The position numbers and the translations under genes are program-made. DNA of 63,147 nucleotides, the filler included, from Basidioascus undulatus (Eukaryota), in NCBI GenBank assembly GCA_000826855.1. It is 7 parts of 7 records of this genome, joined end to end, with 100 filler letters (N's around TTAATTAATTAA, not from the genome) between each part and the next. Parts side by side here need not be neighbours in the genome. Positions count along the whole stretch, not along the records: positions 9,038 to 17,995 come from JTLS01001317.1; positions 18,096 to 27,050 come from JTLS01001318.1; 5 more parts are not named here. One strand, written 5' to 3'. Under the pieces are notes generated by a model that searched no databases, was not told the origin of the DNA, and saw only the letters and a list, made by a program, of their open reading frames with translations. Shown piece by piece: positions 11,483 to 24,106 of the stretch (the stretch's first letter is position 1; each line of letters starts with the position of its first letter).

Positions 11483-14362
11483 TCACGCCTGGGTCTTGTA
11501 CTTGATGTACACTGATCGCACCCAGGTCCTAGTTAGGTTGACGTCCCTGCCTCTGTTCGACAGCCATCGCAACGTACCGGTCTTGTTCTCGAGCCACGCG
11601 TCCAGGATCTTGGAGCCGTTCTCCCGGCCAATGCCCGATTGCTATCAGTCAGAATTGCGTTAGCGCATATATTTCTCGGGCTCAGCGCCATCTCGGCCGT
11701 ACCTTGTACCCGCCGAAGGGCATCTGTCGGCGACGGATCAAGTCAACATCGCTGCTCTACTATCAAGACCCGAGTAAAGTAGGCTTTCACGTACGTCCGG
11801 TTGAATGTACCAGCCCTCGATGTTGACCGCGACAGAGCCGGACTCCAGCGCCTTAGCGACGCGAATAGCACGGTCCAGGTCCTTGGTGAATAGGCTGGCA
11901 TAGAGACCCTGCTCCGTGTCGTTTGCCACCCGGACAGCTGCAGATAGATGTCAGCCCGTGAGTATCATCCCTTGAGCTCCAGAGCACCTGCTTACCCTCG
12001 GCCTCGGTCTTGAAAGTATTGCAGACAGCGACGGGGCCGAAGATCTCCTCACGGTGGATGCTCGAGTCCTCAGGCACATCCTGTAGCATCGGCCGTTAGC
12101 CTCATGTCACAAAAAAGGGGATATAGGGCTTACAGTGAAGACCGTAGGTTCCACGAAGTACCCCTTTTCCCCGTGACGGTTCCCGCCGATCTCGATCTTG
12201 GCACCCGACTTCTTGCCCTCATCGAGGAAGCCTGCAAGAACTGTGTTGGTGTGTTTGGACAAGAATGTTTCAATGGGTCACCTACGCATGACAGTGTCGA
12301 ACTGGATTTTGTCCCTAAGTAACCCCCGAAGACAGTCAGCGGATGGAGTGCGTGACGGTGACCGCGGTGATGTGTGATTTGTAGACTTACGCCTGCGGAC
12401 CCTGGGTGACCGTCTTGTCCGACACGTTACCAATCTTTCCAGCACTGTATTATAGCGGTATTGTTAGTATGTACGTCCATAGACTGAAAATCAGTACCAC
12501 ATACGTCAGGCATGCCTTGTAAGCAGTCAGGAACTTCTCCCGGATCGACTCCTGAACGTAAACACGCCTGTGATGAAAGAGCGTCACCGGGTTGTGGTAC
12601 CAATTGAGCGCAGCCAGAACTACACACGTAGTCGCAACGCAAATCTGGCCGCTGTTGATCATAAGGCCGGTAGCGCAAGATTCTGATGTGCCATGTCAAG
12701 TGAAAGTTTGGGAACTGCATTCTTCTGGGATGTAGACTTACGAGCAGCCTGCTCAATATCCGCATCTTCGAAGACAATCATCGGGCTGAATAGAAGTTAA
12801 AGATGGGTAAGAATGGGGAGAATCTGCATGACGTGGGAACCACGGACCTCTTGCCGCCGAGCTCGAGGCTGACGACCTTGAGGTTCGAGGCAGCCGCCAT
12901 CTGCTGGATGAGACGACCGGTACGAGCGGAACCTGTACCCAACCCTTCATCGACGGCCTGCCGCCATTTGTAATTTGAGGTCTCGACATACCAGTGAAAG
13001 CGATCTTGCGGACGATCATGGACTCAGCAAGCGCCTTGCCCGCAACGGGTCCAAGGCCGCCAAGGACGTTGACGACACCCTGAAACAGTAAGTCAGTGGT
13101 GTGTCGTGGATAAGGCGAAGTGACAAAAGGACGAACGGGCGGGAAGCCAGCCTCAACAACGAGCTTAGCCATGTGCAAGGACTGAAAAGGGTTGCCCGAT
13201 GGTCAGAGCTCGAAAGAATCGAAGCTCAAGAAGAGATGTAGTACGGTCAGGGGGGCCTTCTCGCTAGACTTCAGAACGATGGTGTTGCCGGCACCGGTAG
13301 CAGGGCCGACCTGTATCGCGGTGTCAGATCGCGAATTGAGAGATGGAAGAGGAAGCAATCGTACCTTCCAGGAGAACTACCGGTTCCCCGCAGATGGTCA
13401 GGGTAGAAACGCCATGCTGTCGAGAAAATGAACAGACCATGATGATCTGAAGTATCAGAAAGATTTAAGCACACCTTCCGTCGAATCTTCACCATGGCTA
13501 TGTACTGACCGGAACGTTCCAGGGAATGACTGTGATGCAAACATAGAGAGAAAGAGGGTAACCCAGGTCAGAGTGCTGACGACTTCGAAACAAACGCGTT
13601 GATTATTACGCACTGCCAGCAACAACACCAAACGGCTGGCGGAGGTTCAGCGCGAGGACACCGGGGCTGGAAATGAGCAAGGTCAGTAACGAGTGCTTCG
13701 TGAACGAGCCTGCGTTCCACATACGTGTTCAGGGAAGATTCTCCGAGGTGAGATTGGGTGAGAGCGGCAACGTGGCGCCTATAAGAAGTTCGTCAGCATG
13801 TGCAAACCCGCAAATTGCACGAGGGAACTGACATAGAGTCGGTGGCGAGGACACCGGAGGCCTTAGCCTGTTTTAACCGCCTGTGAGGAGGCGGCAAGAC
13901 CGTGAGATTAGAGATTGACTGACCATTCCGAACGGGGCACCCATTTCATGGCCCTGCAGCTCGGCCAAGATGTCGATGTCGCGGTCGATCAGGTCGGCAA
14001 GCTTGTACAGGCAGGCCGCACGCTCGCCAGCAGGGCGAGATGACCAGGCGGGGAAGGCATCGGCAGCCTATAGGGCAAAAGGTGGTGTGTCAGTTCAATA
14101 GATTGACATAGTCGCCCCTAAAGACAACGTGAAAGCACTCACAGCCTTGACAGCGGCATCAACGTCCTCCTGCTGCGCGGCGCTGACCTCGACCAGCGGC
14201 TCCTCGGTGCAGGGGTTGTGGAGGGGGAAGGTGGCCTTGCTCTTGGCTGAAAAGGGACTCCGAGGTCAGTACTGAAAGAAGAATCTCGGTATCTTAGCAG
14301 GGTAACTCACCCTCAACGAACTCGTTGTTGATGAAGAGGCGGGTCTCGAAAGTGGGAGCCAT
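11483..14362 (-). CDS. NAD(P)+-dependent aldehyde dehydrogenase (ALDH1/2-like), ~24 exons
   Basis: MAPTFETRLFINNEFVE, RQPFGVVAG|IIPWNVP|IIM|FSWK|VGPATGAGNTIVLKSSEKAP, KIAFT|GSARTG, LELGGK (catalytic Glu), NSGQICVA (catalytic Cys), EEIFGPV, MPFGGYK|QSGIGRE, TVYIKYKTQA*. Confidence 0.97.
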
Positions 14363-15811
14363 GGTCGCACAATGGAGAGATTCTGGGGACCGGTTCAGAT
14401 GAAGTGGTGTCTGGGGACAGTAGGAAGGGAGAATTGGAATAGGAACGAAGGCAGGATGTCTCCCCGACCTTATAGGCAGCCCGGAAGACAGCGATGCTTG
14501 TCGCGGCATAAGCTCCAGAGCACAGTGCACGACTGCATGACAGTCTTCTGTACACAACCTCCTCAGCAGCCTAAAGCCTTTTAGCGCTCCCCAACGCACG
14601 GCAGGGTGCAGCGGATGCTTGTGTTCCTGAGTTGCAGCAGCGGCGAGCTCAAATTGCTCAACAGGCCTCCAGCTGCGTAAATACTGCGTGTCACCGAGAG
14701 TGCTCGTCTGTGAGGCCGGAAGGAGTGGAGGGTACTGTACCTTCGAGGGGTTTGGGGCCCCTTAGCAGAGCGAACGGCCTCAACAAGCTTGATGCGTTCC
14801 AGCTGGATGCTGGGTTTCATCTCCATTCACTGCGGAGGACTCGTGGCTCTAGGCAGAGGATTTGGCTCCCGGTGCCTTTGAGCTTGCAGGGGGCCTGAGC
14901 GAGCGTGGGGTGCCCTGACCGCGGGGGTTGTTTGCTCTGCCCTGTTTCCACGATGTGGATGCTTCTATCTCACCAAATGGTGGTAGTCTCTTTCATACCC
15001 TGTGTCCCTGAAAAAGTGGAAGCCGAAGAGTGGAGTGCGTCGCACAGATGAAGACACTGATCTGTGGCGCGCCGCTCACCTTCGGTCAGATCGTGAAGAC
15101 CGCCACACTGACCATGAAAGACTAGATAAACTTCGAGTAGTGGTCCGCTCGAAACCCGCTACCCGTACCCCCCGTTTGGCGTTCCTTGCTCTTTGAGTTG
15201 AACTGGGTGTGGCTCGTGCCACGCTGCAGTGCAGCCTCCGGAGGTGGCAGTGCAGCCTCTCCCTGGCTTGGCTGGACTAGCTTTGGGACAGTGCGATGCG
15301 TGAATTCTGGCCACGAGAGACCCTGCATGGTCAGAACTGGGCGGAAATACCCACCATGATCAAGATTCACGACGTCGAACGTTGACCTCCTACAGCCTTA
15401 CAAATTCTTGTGGCTTGTAGATCCGAAGAGCCTATACTTTTGGGGTGGCCACGGAAAGCACATCACTTCATTAGCGCTTTTAATCGGATGAAACGCTCAA
15501 CAGTTAGTCGAGAGAGCTGATAATACCTTCGCGAGAAGAGTGCTCAGAGCCGACTCCCACATTCAGGAGCGAGACCTGCGTCCGTACGGACCCCGCCATC
15601 CTCCTGCATACGCAGTGCAATCAACGGTGTGGCCGTCGCTACATGAAGATCATGGGAGGTTGAAGGGGCCGCATACGGTCTCCCCTCCCTTCTGTGACCG
15701 CTCGATGCGGCGAGCGATCAGAGATGAGCGAGCGACGCCGCCAGCCAGCCGAGACGGGCTTGGATGCGACCCACACCCAAGCATCGAAGCTCGCAGCTCC
15801 CAAAAGACAAA

Positions 15812-16603
15812 TCATCTTCTATCCCGCTGGTCCTCCTTTCCATCCCTATCCCCCGCTCCACCGTCCCCTCTATCCCGAGCCTCCAAATTGCGTACTGCTC
15901 CCGTAACGCTCTCCACGTCGTCCTCACTCTCCTCATCGCTCTCTTCGTCCCCACTCTCCTCCACTACAAACCGCCTCCGATTGGGATTCTCGAATAGATC
16001 GTCATCGTCGTCCTTGTTCCCGTTGCTGTCTACGTCTTCGGCTGCCGAGGGCGGGGGCTGTTGTGCTGGGGCGGAGGGGGCGATAGGGGAGGAGAAGACT
16101 GCCGGCCTGTTGTTTGGATGAAACGAATGCATCCGGGAAAGTGAGCTGGAGTGGATCCAGGGAACAACCATGATATGGAAATAGCAGACGCACCACTCCT
16201 TCTTCTTCCTCCATGCGCGCTCGTCCGCACTCGCGAGCACAAAACTAATCTCGCCCCACACCTTCCCCCCCTTCCCGCCCTCATATTTCTCCACTATGGC
16301 ATATCCACCTGTCCTCCCATAACCCACACGGAAATCAGCGTCCCAGTCCCTCACCTCCCCCATACTCTGATCCGGAGGGGTAACGGAAGACGGAAACTCA
16401 CCTCTCCGCACCCACACCTTATTCTTCCCGCTCTTCAGCGCCCTCCCCAGCTCCGCCAGCTTCTCCTCCACCACGCCGGAAGAGGAGTCGGAGGGAACGA
16501 GGACCGCGAAGAGGTTGGAGCCCTTGGGCGCGCCAATTTGGGCGAGCCGCTGTGCCGGGGAGAGCGATGTTGGGAGCTCGGGTTGTGGGGTGGGGCGGGG
16601 CAT
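15812..16603 (-). CDS. Hypothetical protein (~3 exons) with acidic C-terminal tail
   Basis: ATG at 16603 (MPRPTPQPELPTSLSPAQRLAQIGAPKG...), GT-AG introns near 16400 and 16190, GC3-rich codons, ending DDDDDLFENPNRRRFVVEESGDEESDEES... Confidence 0.7.
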   Translation of the reverse strand: MPRPTPQPELPTSLSPAQRLAQIGAPKGSNLFAVLVPSDSSSGVVEEKLAELGRALKSGKNKVWVRRGEFPSSVTPPDQSMGEVRDWDADFRVGYGRTGGYAIVEKYEGGKGGKVWGEISFVLASADERAWRKKKEWCVCYFHIMVVPWIHSSSLSRMHSFHPNNRPAVFSSPIAPSAPAQQPPPSAAEDVDSNGNKDDDDDLFENPNRRRFVVEESGDEESDEESEDDVESVTGAVRNLEARDRGDGGAGDRDGKEDQRDRR

Positions 16604-17238
16604 GACGTGGAGAAGAACTGGCAAACGGAAAGGAAGACTACAAGTTGCGACGAGGAGAGAAGATGCGAGAGCGCGTGGGAAAGTGAGGCGCAGACCTCCA
16701 GCGAGTTGGTTCGATTGCCCTTGATTGCCCAGCATCCAACAGCGCCCATCATCTCTTTAGCAGCTGCTGACATTATTTTTCGAGTACGTGGGCAGGAGCT
16801 TATTGAGACTTATTTCAATTCCATTGCCCCCTCACTGCGTCGAGTCGGCGTCGACCTTCACAGAGTCGCCCTGGATGCTCAATCCAACCTCGCTTCTGCT
16901 GTCTCCCATTCATCTTTTTATCACACATATCTTTGCGTTTCGAGGGATTTCGGTTTTCGAGTCGCCCGGAATCCTCGCAGGATTCGCCGTTCCAGACTGA
17001 CCCAGTCCGAACCGCTCAAATTCAATGCCCCTCCCTCCCCCTTCGGCGTCTCACCGCATGCCCCGCCGCCGCATTGGCAGGGAATGCGCACCTGCACCTG
17101 CCTCCGTTTCTTTGATGCCGCGTGTTGCAGACCAGCGCCTCATTTCGAAGCGCATAAAGCCGTTCAACCCTCCCTTCCCACTTCCCTCACCTTCGTCTCC
17201 ATCTCTTTCATTGAACTCACCACTCGCAATCGCCTACG

Positions 17239-17941
17239 ATGCTCGCCCTCCCCCTCTTCCTCGCGCTCCTCCCCTCCGCCACCCTCGTCCTCGCTCACGG
17301 GCCGGTCGACCTCTTCCCCCGCCAGTCGCCCGCCATGCCCGGCATCCCGGCCAAGTGCACCGGCGACTGCACGCCGTACTTCAACCAAGCCACCGTGCGT
17401 CTTTCCTCCCACTCTCTTCCCCGTCTCTCCCCATCGCCCGTCCCGTTCGGGCTGACTGTGTGATGACGTGCGTGTTTGGGAGGTAACAGGCATGCGCGTC
17501 TGCCTCCTCCTTCAACGAGTGCTTCTGCACGCTCGGGAAGAGCGCCAGCTTCGAGACCTGCGTCAAGTGCGTGGGCGACGCGTCGGTCGCCTCGTCCGCG
17601 CGCTCTATGTGTGCGTTCCCTCTCCGCCATCCTCTCCTTCCCCTCCTTCACCCCTGACCATCCCCTGGACAGTCAACGACGCCTGCAACGGGAAAGGCCC
17701 GCTCGACGGGCTCGGCGACTCCGTTGCGTCCGCGCTGTCGTCCGTTGTGTCCAGCGCGACCGCCACGGTTGGTGGGAGCGCGTCGACCCCGTCGTCCTCG
17801 GATGGGACCAGGAACACGGGGGCGGCCAGCACGGGCACGAGCGGGAACGGCGCGGCTCGTGTGGGGGCCCAGGATGCTGTCGGGGCGGGGATGCTGCTTG
17901 CGACCGCGGCGGCGGTGGGGGCGGTGTTGATGGGTTTCTGA
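17239..17941 (+). CDS. Small secreted, probably GPI-anchored Cys-rich (CFEM-like) cell-surface protein, 3 exons
   Basis: Signal peptide MLALPLFLALLPSATLVLA; 8 Cys (KCTGDC..|ACASASSFNECFCT..TCVKC..|..DAC); Ser/Thr/Gly stalk; NGAA omega-like site and hydrophobic tail. Confidence 0.85.
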
Positions 17942-17995
17942 GTGTAGCCGCGGGCGACGGCCTTGGCGGGCTCAGCAGGGTGGGATCGGCGGACT

Positions 17996-18095
17996 NNNNN
18001 NNNNNNNNNNNNNNNNNNNNNNNNNNNNNNNNNNNNNNNTTAATTAATTAANNNNNNNNNNNNNNNNNNNNNNNNNNNNNNNNNNNNNNNNNNNN
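17996..18095. other. Artificial contig spacer
   Basis: Same 100-nt linker. Confidence 0.98.
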
Positions 18096-18329
18096 TCGAT
18101 CGCGGTTACAGGTACGCCGTCCGGCTAGTTGTGGTACTCGGACTCAGGCGTAGTGTGCGAGACCTACACCAACCGCTCGACTACCGTACTACATACCACA
18201 ACCGCCAAGTCGTTGCGGACGCCGTTTCCCCAGACAGAAATGCATGGCGGTGCAGATGACAGCCGAGACTTCTGTGCCGGATCTGCGCCTCCTGAAGACC
18301 ATTGTCCCAATCCCTCCGAAGCGTTACTG

Positions 18330-20113
18330 CGAACGGCGTGAACGCAGAGCGGCGAGCCGCGTCGGATCCGCACCGCCTTGGTGTTCGGCGCAGGCTTCTT
18401 CATCCCTCTCCTTGTAGCCAACATCCTCTCACCATCATCGCCAGCCTTTCCAAGAGCTCCAGTCCCTCTCATATCGCCCGCTCGCTGCAACATGCGGCCA
18501 CTTGCGCGGCCACCCCATCCGAGACAGCATGGCAAGCCTAGCCGGAAATGGACCCGTCGCTTCCGCGCGCCAAGTGCGAGCGCCGCTTTCCGGGCCTCTT
18601 TGAGGAAGCACATAGAGTGAGGGACTGGTGGTTAAGCAGGGGAGTGGTGACGGAGGACGTGGTGGACGTAGCTGAGCGGACGGAAAACGCTCGGGTGAAG
18701 ATCATCGATGGGAGTGAGTGCCCAGTTCTATACTTTACGTATTTTATGTCATATTTCTCAAGCTCTGAAGGCTCGCTCCAGATGTACGTCATGAAGTTTC
18801 AGTCCGGATATCAGTCGCGGGTGCAGGCCAGCCTCGCCTCCGTCTATGAGGCGGTCGTCACTTCTGTAGAGCCGCTGCCTGATGTCGAGTGAGGATGCCG
18901 AAACTTCCCAACAGAAGGCCCTATAGTTTTTTGGCCATCCTTGTACATAGCTTCGTACTTGCGCTCCGTGACGATCCGCCGCTGGATGGGCAGGCAGTGT
19001 TTGCGGTAGCTCGGCGGGAGGACATGTCGAACGTCTGGCTCATGCCTGACTAGGGCTTCTACTCTTGAGTTCACGTTCAACTAGCATGCGCTACAGAGGT
19101 ACTCACCTGTATTCTCAGCTGGCCTGAACCTGTTGGCTCCTGGATCGAGATCAGGGACAAGACGAAACAGTGCATCTTGTTTCTGACGGCCTGCGCGTCG
19201 TCTCGACCTCGCTGACAGTTGCACGGCTTCTGTAGATGAGAGGACAGCCACCCCTTAGAGAGAAGACGCAAAAGCTCTTTTGGCGAGGGGTTACGTGCGT
19301 ATTCTCGGACGTGGCTGAAGTTCAAAGGTTTTGCTCACCCGCCGTGGCAACTCGACCACGGGATGGTCGACGTTCGACGGGTACGACGCGTTTCTAACTG
19401 ATCACTCACTACTTCCACACGACGGCTTATCCTCAACCTCCCTCAGGAACTTATCACGGCCACAGCCTCACAACCGTGGGCGGATGTCCGCGCGATGGAC
19501 TGCGGTAATCTGCGACCAGGGGACCTCGCAACGCCAGCCGAGTACTGCGCCTATCAGTTTCTAGCCCACACGGAGGGCAATACGTACAGTGGGAGACTGC
19601 CGTGTGCCTTTCCGATTTCGTAGACTTGAGACAAAAATGGCTCACCATAACGCATGCGTCTCATCTGGACTCTGCTGCAGTGCCGCTCAGTCGTGGTCAT
19701 GCACGAGCTCGACTGGATACAGGTTCGACGCCCCCCGGTATCCCCTACATACCCGAGTGCTTATCACGAATCCCTGAACAGCATGTCCAACCTCTCCTCG
19801 ACTCTTCGCCCACTTCACCGTCTCAGAACGTCGCCGTCGTCCAGCGCAACGCGTCCGCCACGGCCCCCGCGTGGGCCAACCTTCCCGCGACGATGGACGC
19901 CCTGCTCATATCGCCTGATGCGTCGCGGCGCATCGCGGACAACGCATGGAACGACCTGAGGGAGAAGTACCTCAGCCCGCCGCGAACGCGTGCTATTGAT
20001 GGGAGTTGTTGCGGGCTTGGGCGGAGGTGCAGCAGTTCGATGTGAGGCGGGACGGCGCGAAGGAGTACGAGAGCTTTACGCTCATGGGGAAGCCTGAGTG
20101 GGCACCGCACTGA
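18330..20113 (+). pseudogene. Glycosyltransferase family 90 (CAP10/POGLUT-like) pseudogene
   Basis: TM anchor then CERRFPGLFEE, ARVKIIDG, EPLPDVE, WLMPD*GFYS|WPEPVGSW, KLFWRG, LLQCRSVVVMHELDWIQ, RRIADNA..LREKYLSP(fs)AANACY*W. In-frame stops at 19051-19053 and 19997-19999, plus frameshifts. Confidence 0.85.
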
Positions 20114-20994
20114 AGTAACATATTACACTTTTCTTTGCATGCCGTGATCGCAGGAGGCTTGCGAAGGGGCGCTGCTGGGGGGCCGCATGCCGATATTCGC
20201 TGCGAGAAAAAAAAAGCGATAAATGGAAATGGGAAAGTTTTGGAGATGTAAAAACGGTGACAGTGAGGTTCGATTCTTGGTCAAAGAACCGACATTTTGA
20301 TCCTGCGAGAAGTGTGCTTTTTGCGTCCACGACTCCACACGCACTATGGTATGCCCAGCATAGTGACAGTTCGGAAAAAGCTCATAGTCTAATCCCCTTC
20401 AGCACTAATTAATAGAGAACAGACGTCTTTGTTTCTTGCGTTAGTCCATCCCATGGAGGGCACGTGAACGACTGGTAGCTTGCTCGGGAGATGCAAAACT
20501 TCAATGCGACTGTCTTCTTTCAGCACTCCATCTCACAAGGGCAATTCACAAAACGGGAAGGGATGTCTGAGGTTTTTATTCTCAGTTGCAGTGTCCCAAA
20601 TCTCTTTTAATGAGGGCACGAGAGCTGGACGGTCGAGCTGTGTGAAAGCTAATGGTCACTGTTCCCTCGTTGTCGATGTGCTTCCATATTACTTACATGA
20701 ATTGAATCAGATTGAAGTTTCATACCCGCACTACACAGTTCGGGCTTCACAATGATCGTACATGGTAATGGAACAAATAAAGAAGGACAGACAGGGGACC
20801 TCGCACGCGTTTCAAGAAATAAATGACAATCACGTCGCTGCATCTCTCTGGCTTTCCTCCCTGCCTAGCGGCTTGCTCCTGCTCCACTCGCATTTGACCA
20901 GGCCTACTCAAGTCGAATATCATGCCCCAAAGGTTCACTCTGATGCTTTTCTTCAATCTCCATCATCTACGGGCCCTGCGCGACGCTCTGCCAA

Positions 20995-21260
20995 TGATCA
21001 ACCGCCTGCCCGCGCCCGTCCAGCTCCAGATCGCCTCCTACGCCGCCTCCCCGCCGCCGCCGCTCGCCAACGCCCGCACGTTCAGCTTCGGGCGGCAGTT
21101 TCAGTCCGAGATCCCACCGCGCGCCCGGCCCTAACCCGTCCACCCGCTCATCCACACCTCCAAAGCAACCCGCGCCGCCGTCCTCCCGCTCGAGTTTGCG
21201 CGCATCCGCTTCGTACGCGCGCCTCGAGGCTAGAGCGCGAAGAAGGTCAATGGGCGGTAT
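20995..21260 (+). pseudogene. Possible F-box-like gene fragment
   Basis: MINRLPAPVQLQIASYA resembles the F-box start LPxELxxxI. The frame then breaks (TAA near 21132). Confidence 0.3.
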
Positions 21261-23034
21261 GAGAGGCTCGTGGAGCTGCTTATGGGTAGCGAGGAGCTCA
21301 GGGCGGTTGTTCGGTGAGTTTGGCCCCCTTGGACGCAATGATACCAAAACAAGTCTATACGATTACGAGTGTGAGGAAGCCGTATACTTTTATTAGTAGG
21401 CCTTAGTGTGGAATTTACCGGTCGCAACGGTCAAGGTTAGCTGTATGCGCTCACTGCAATAGTACGCCCGAATTTTCGGAACGCTCTCACTCATTCTCGT
21501 CCGAGCTGTGTGCATAATGCTAAGCCAAACCCTCAAAATATTAATGAAAACCCTCATTCTGCGCTTCGGGCCGTTATCAGGAGATGATGCGTTCCCATGA
21601 GGAGATCTTGCGTCGTACTCGTCTACAATGACAGTACTCCCGACCAGCCTTAGAAAGCCGAAGAACCTCTGTCGAAGTTGCAAGTCAGGTGTATCTCACC
21701 AAGTCTTTTGTCTTCAAACGTTGCCGTCACTTCTGTACATAGTCCGCCATCCTGCAGCCACAGCTCAGCCGACCGCCAAGTGACATTCGGGAAGGTTGGG
21801 AAATTCTGCAAGCCCACATCTTGTTGCGCATGCGAGAGTTGACATCTCTACTTCCGAGTCCAGACTGACAGGTACGCTCGGGAATCGGACTTCCATGTGC
21901 AAGGACGTCGGGAGGAGAAGGCCGACACATCGAGATCAGGTGAGCGCGAGCGTCTGCACCGCTCAAGGCCATGTCACCACACGCATCATTGCCCACCCAG
22001 TTGCGTGTGTAAAAATACAGTGGATGGAAGCACCATGCAGCGGAAGTACACAGTCGTTCAATGTCGCCAACGGGTCGGCATCAATTCTACACAGCAGCGT
22101 GCGTTGCCAGCATCGCGTGAGCGGTCGACGCCGAGACTTAAGCAATGCCGGCGTCTCAGAGTGACCAACCGTCGCCACTAACAACCTGTGCTGGAGGGCT
22201 GAGCAGTATTCAAGAGGGTTTTCGTCGACAGGATCCCTCAGAACTACCACTCAGCTGTTCTAATTGAACAGTAGGCAGGCGGGTATGGATGCACGCTAGC
22301 AGCCCAGTGTACGAGTGATGCTGTAAGACCCCCCACTTTCACTAGAAAACAGCTAAGAAAGGCAAGCAACTCTGAAGGCTGCAAGTTATAAGGGAACTAT
22401 CCCTACATCTTGAATTGCAGTAAACTCCCGGTGTCTGGATGGAAGCTCTGTGCGAAGGCAACCACGAGTGCATAGAAAGGCACCTCGTCGCAGTCTCTGT
22501 CAATGCTTCGAAATATATCCGAAGTATGTCTTCCAAATCTTCCAATACTCATTCAGATTCTTTACTAAGTCTGAAAATACTCCTGCAAGTCTCGTCAACC
22601 TTGTGCACGAAATGACCTGTGGGGCCGGACGGTTGCCAGTCGCCCTTGAAACAAACCATGACCATCCACGAGAGCTTTGAATGACCAACAATGCGCATCA
22701 ATAGCGGCATAACCCACGCCTTTGTTAGTCACTTGGGATGAGTCACTTGGGATGAGCCAAATAAAAACACAGAGGTAAGGCCACGAGCGAACGACACTGC
22801 GAGCTTGTCAGAAACCTCGCCCACGTCTCAGATGCAGGATTCCGAAAGCTCCGTGGTCACTGTTTCCAGAAGACAACGAACGCTCGACTGACATTCACCC
22901 AGAAATACCGTCGGGAGAGTCGTCGGGAGTTCGCTGAAGCACATCGCCATATTGTCCAACAGGTACGCTGCGCAACCTTTACGTCGGGCGAACTTCTCGA
23001 ATGTCAACGGTGCATGTTCAATGTCAATTTCAGT

Positions 23035-23495
23035 TCATGACGTCCCCTCCGCCCTGCGGTTCCGACGCTGCTCATTCTGCCGAACAACGAAATCAGCGCA
23101 TAAACCCAAAAGCGCAGGGCCTCATTTGGAAGGCTTACCCAGGCCTTTTTGCAATCTGAGGTAGGGTCGACAAGAACAAGGTCAGTGAAGCGCTGGTGCG
23201 TGAATACGAGAATGCCCGAATACGCACCCCGATATGCCTCAAACAGATGGAGACACTTGTCGCGATCATACGCGTTCAGATCCAGACACCGCATCGAGCG
23301 CTTCGCCGCCTCCGCGCAAGGGCTGTCCACCCCAGTCCCGCTATCAGCAAGCAGTATGAGTACGTGATCATATGGTGAGATGCGATGAGCGCACTCTTCG
23401 AACTTCGAAACGACGCCGCCCTTCCGGGACATCTTCCGCGCGTCGAAGCTCTCCTTGGAGACTTCGGGCTCAGGCGCGGTCTCGAGGCTCGACAT
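23035..23495 (-). CDS. COX23: Cytochrome c oxidase assembly factor Cox23 (twin CX9C), 4 exons
   Basis: SKFE|..[50 protein letters not shown]. Confidence 0.9.
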
Positions 23496-24106
23496 GGTTC
23501 TGATCGAGGAGTGCGAAGAGTATGATAGGAAGCCCTCGGGAGTGGATTAGTACAGGAGTTGAGGAGAGATATGCGGAGAGGTCAGCGCACGCGAGTTGGG
23601 GAAGCGAGAAGCTAATGGCGGTCGGAAGCAGAAGACACCGAGCTGAGCGGCGGCGGAGGGGGCGATCGCGAAGACGCTGGACAGCGGAGGGACTGGCTCT
23701 TATTTTGTGCTCTCACGAAAGGCAAATACTTTCACCTACTGCTCACGAGTCTTCACAACTGTACATGAATCAATGAAAAGGAAATAGAGAAATGCATGGC
23801 CGTCGGTGCTCATGTGGTCGAATCCATGCGTTCCACGGAATTTCTGCGGATGGCGATGAATGCAGCAGCGATTGGCAGCGAGCAACATGGGCGACTCAAC
23901 GCTATGCCGCACGAGCGTGCATACATGCGCACACTGAAATGCTAAAACATGCAAGTACATGAAATGCCAGATTGGTAAAGACGTGCGATAATGGGCAATG
24001 AATGTGATGCGGAGCTGCCGGATGGAGCTGGTGGGTAGTGCAATGCAGAGTGGATTACGGGAAATATCTAATGGTGAGGTGAGGGCATTACTTAAAGAAC
24101 GGGCGA

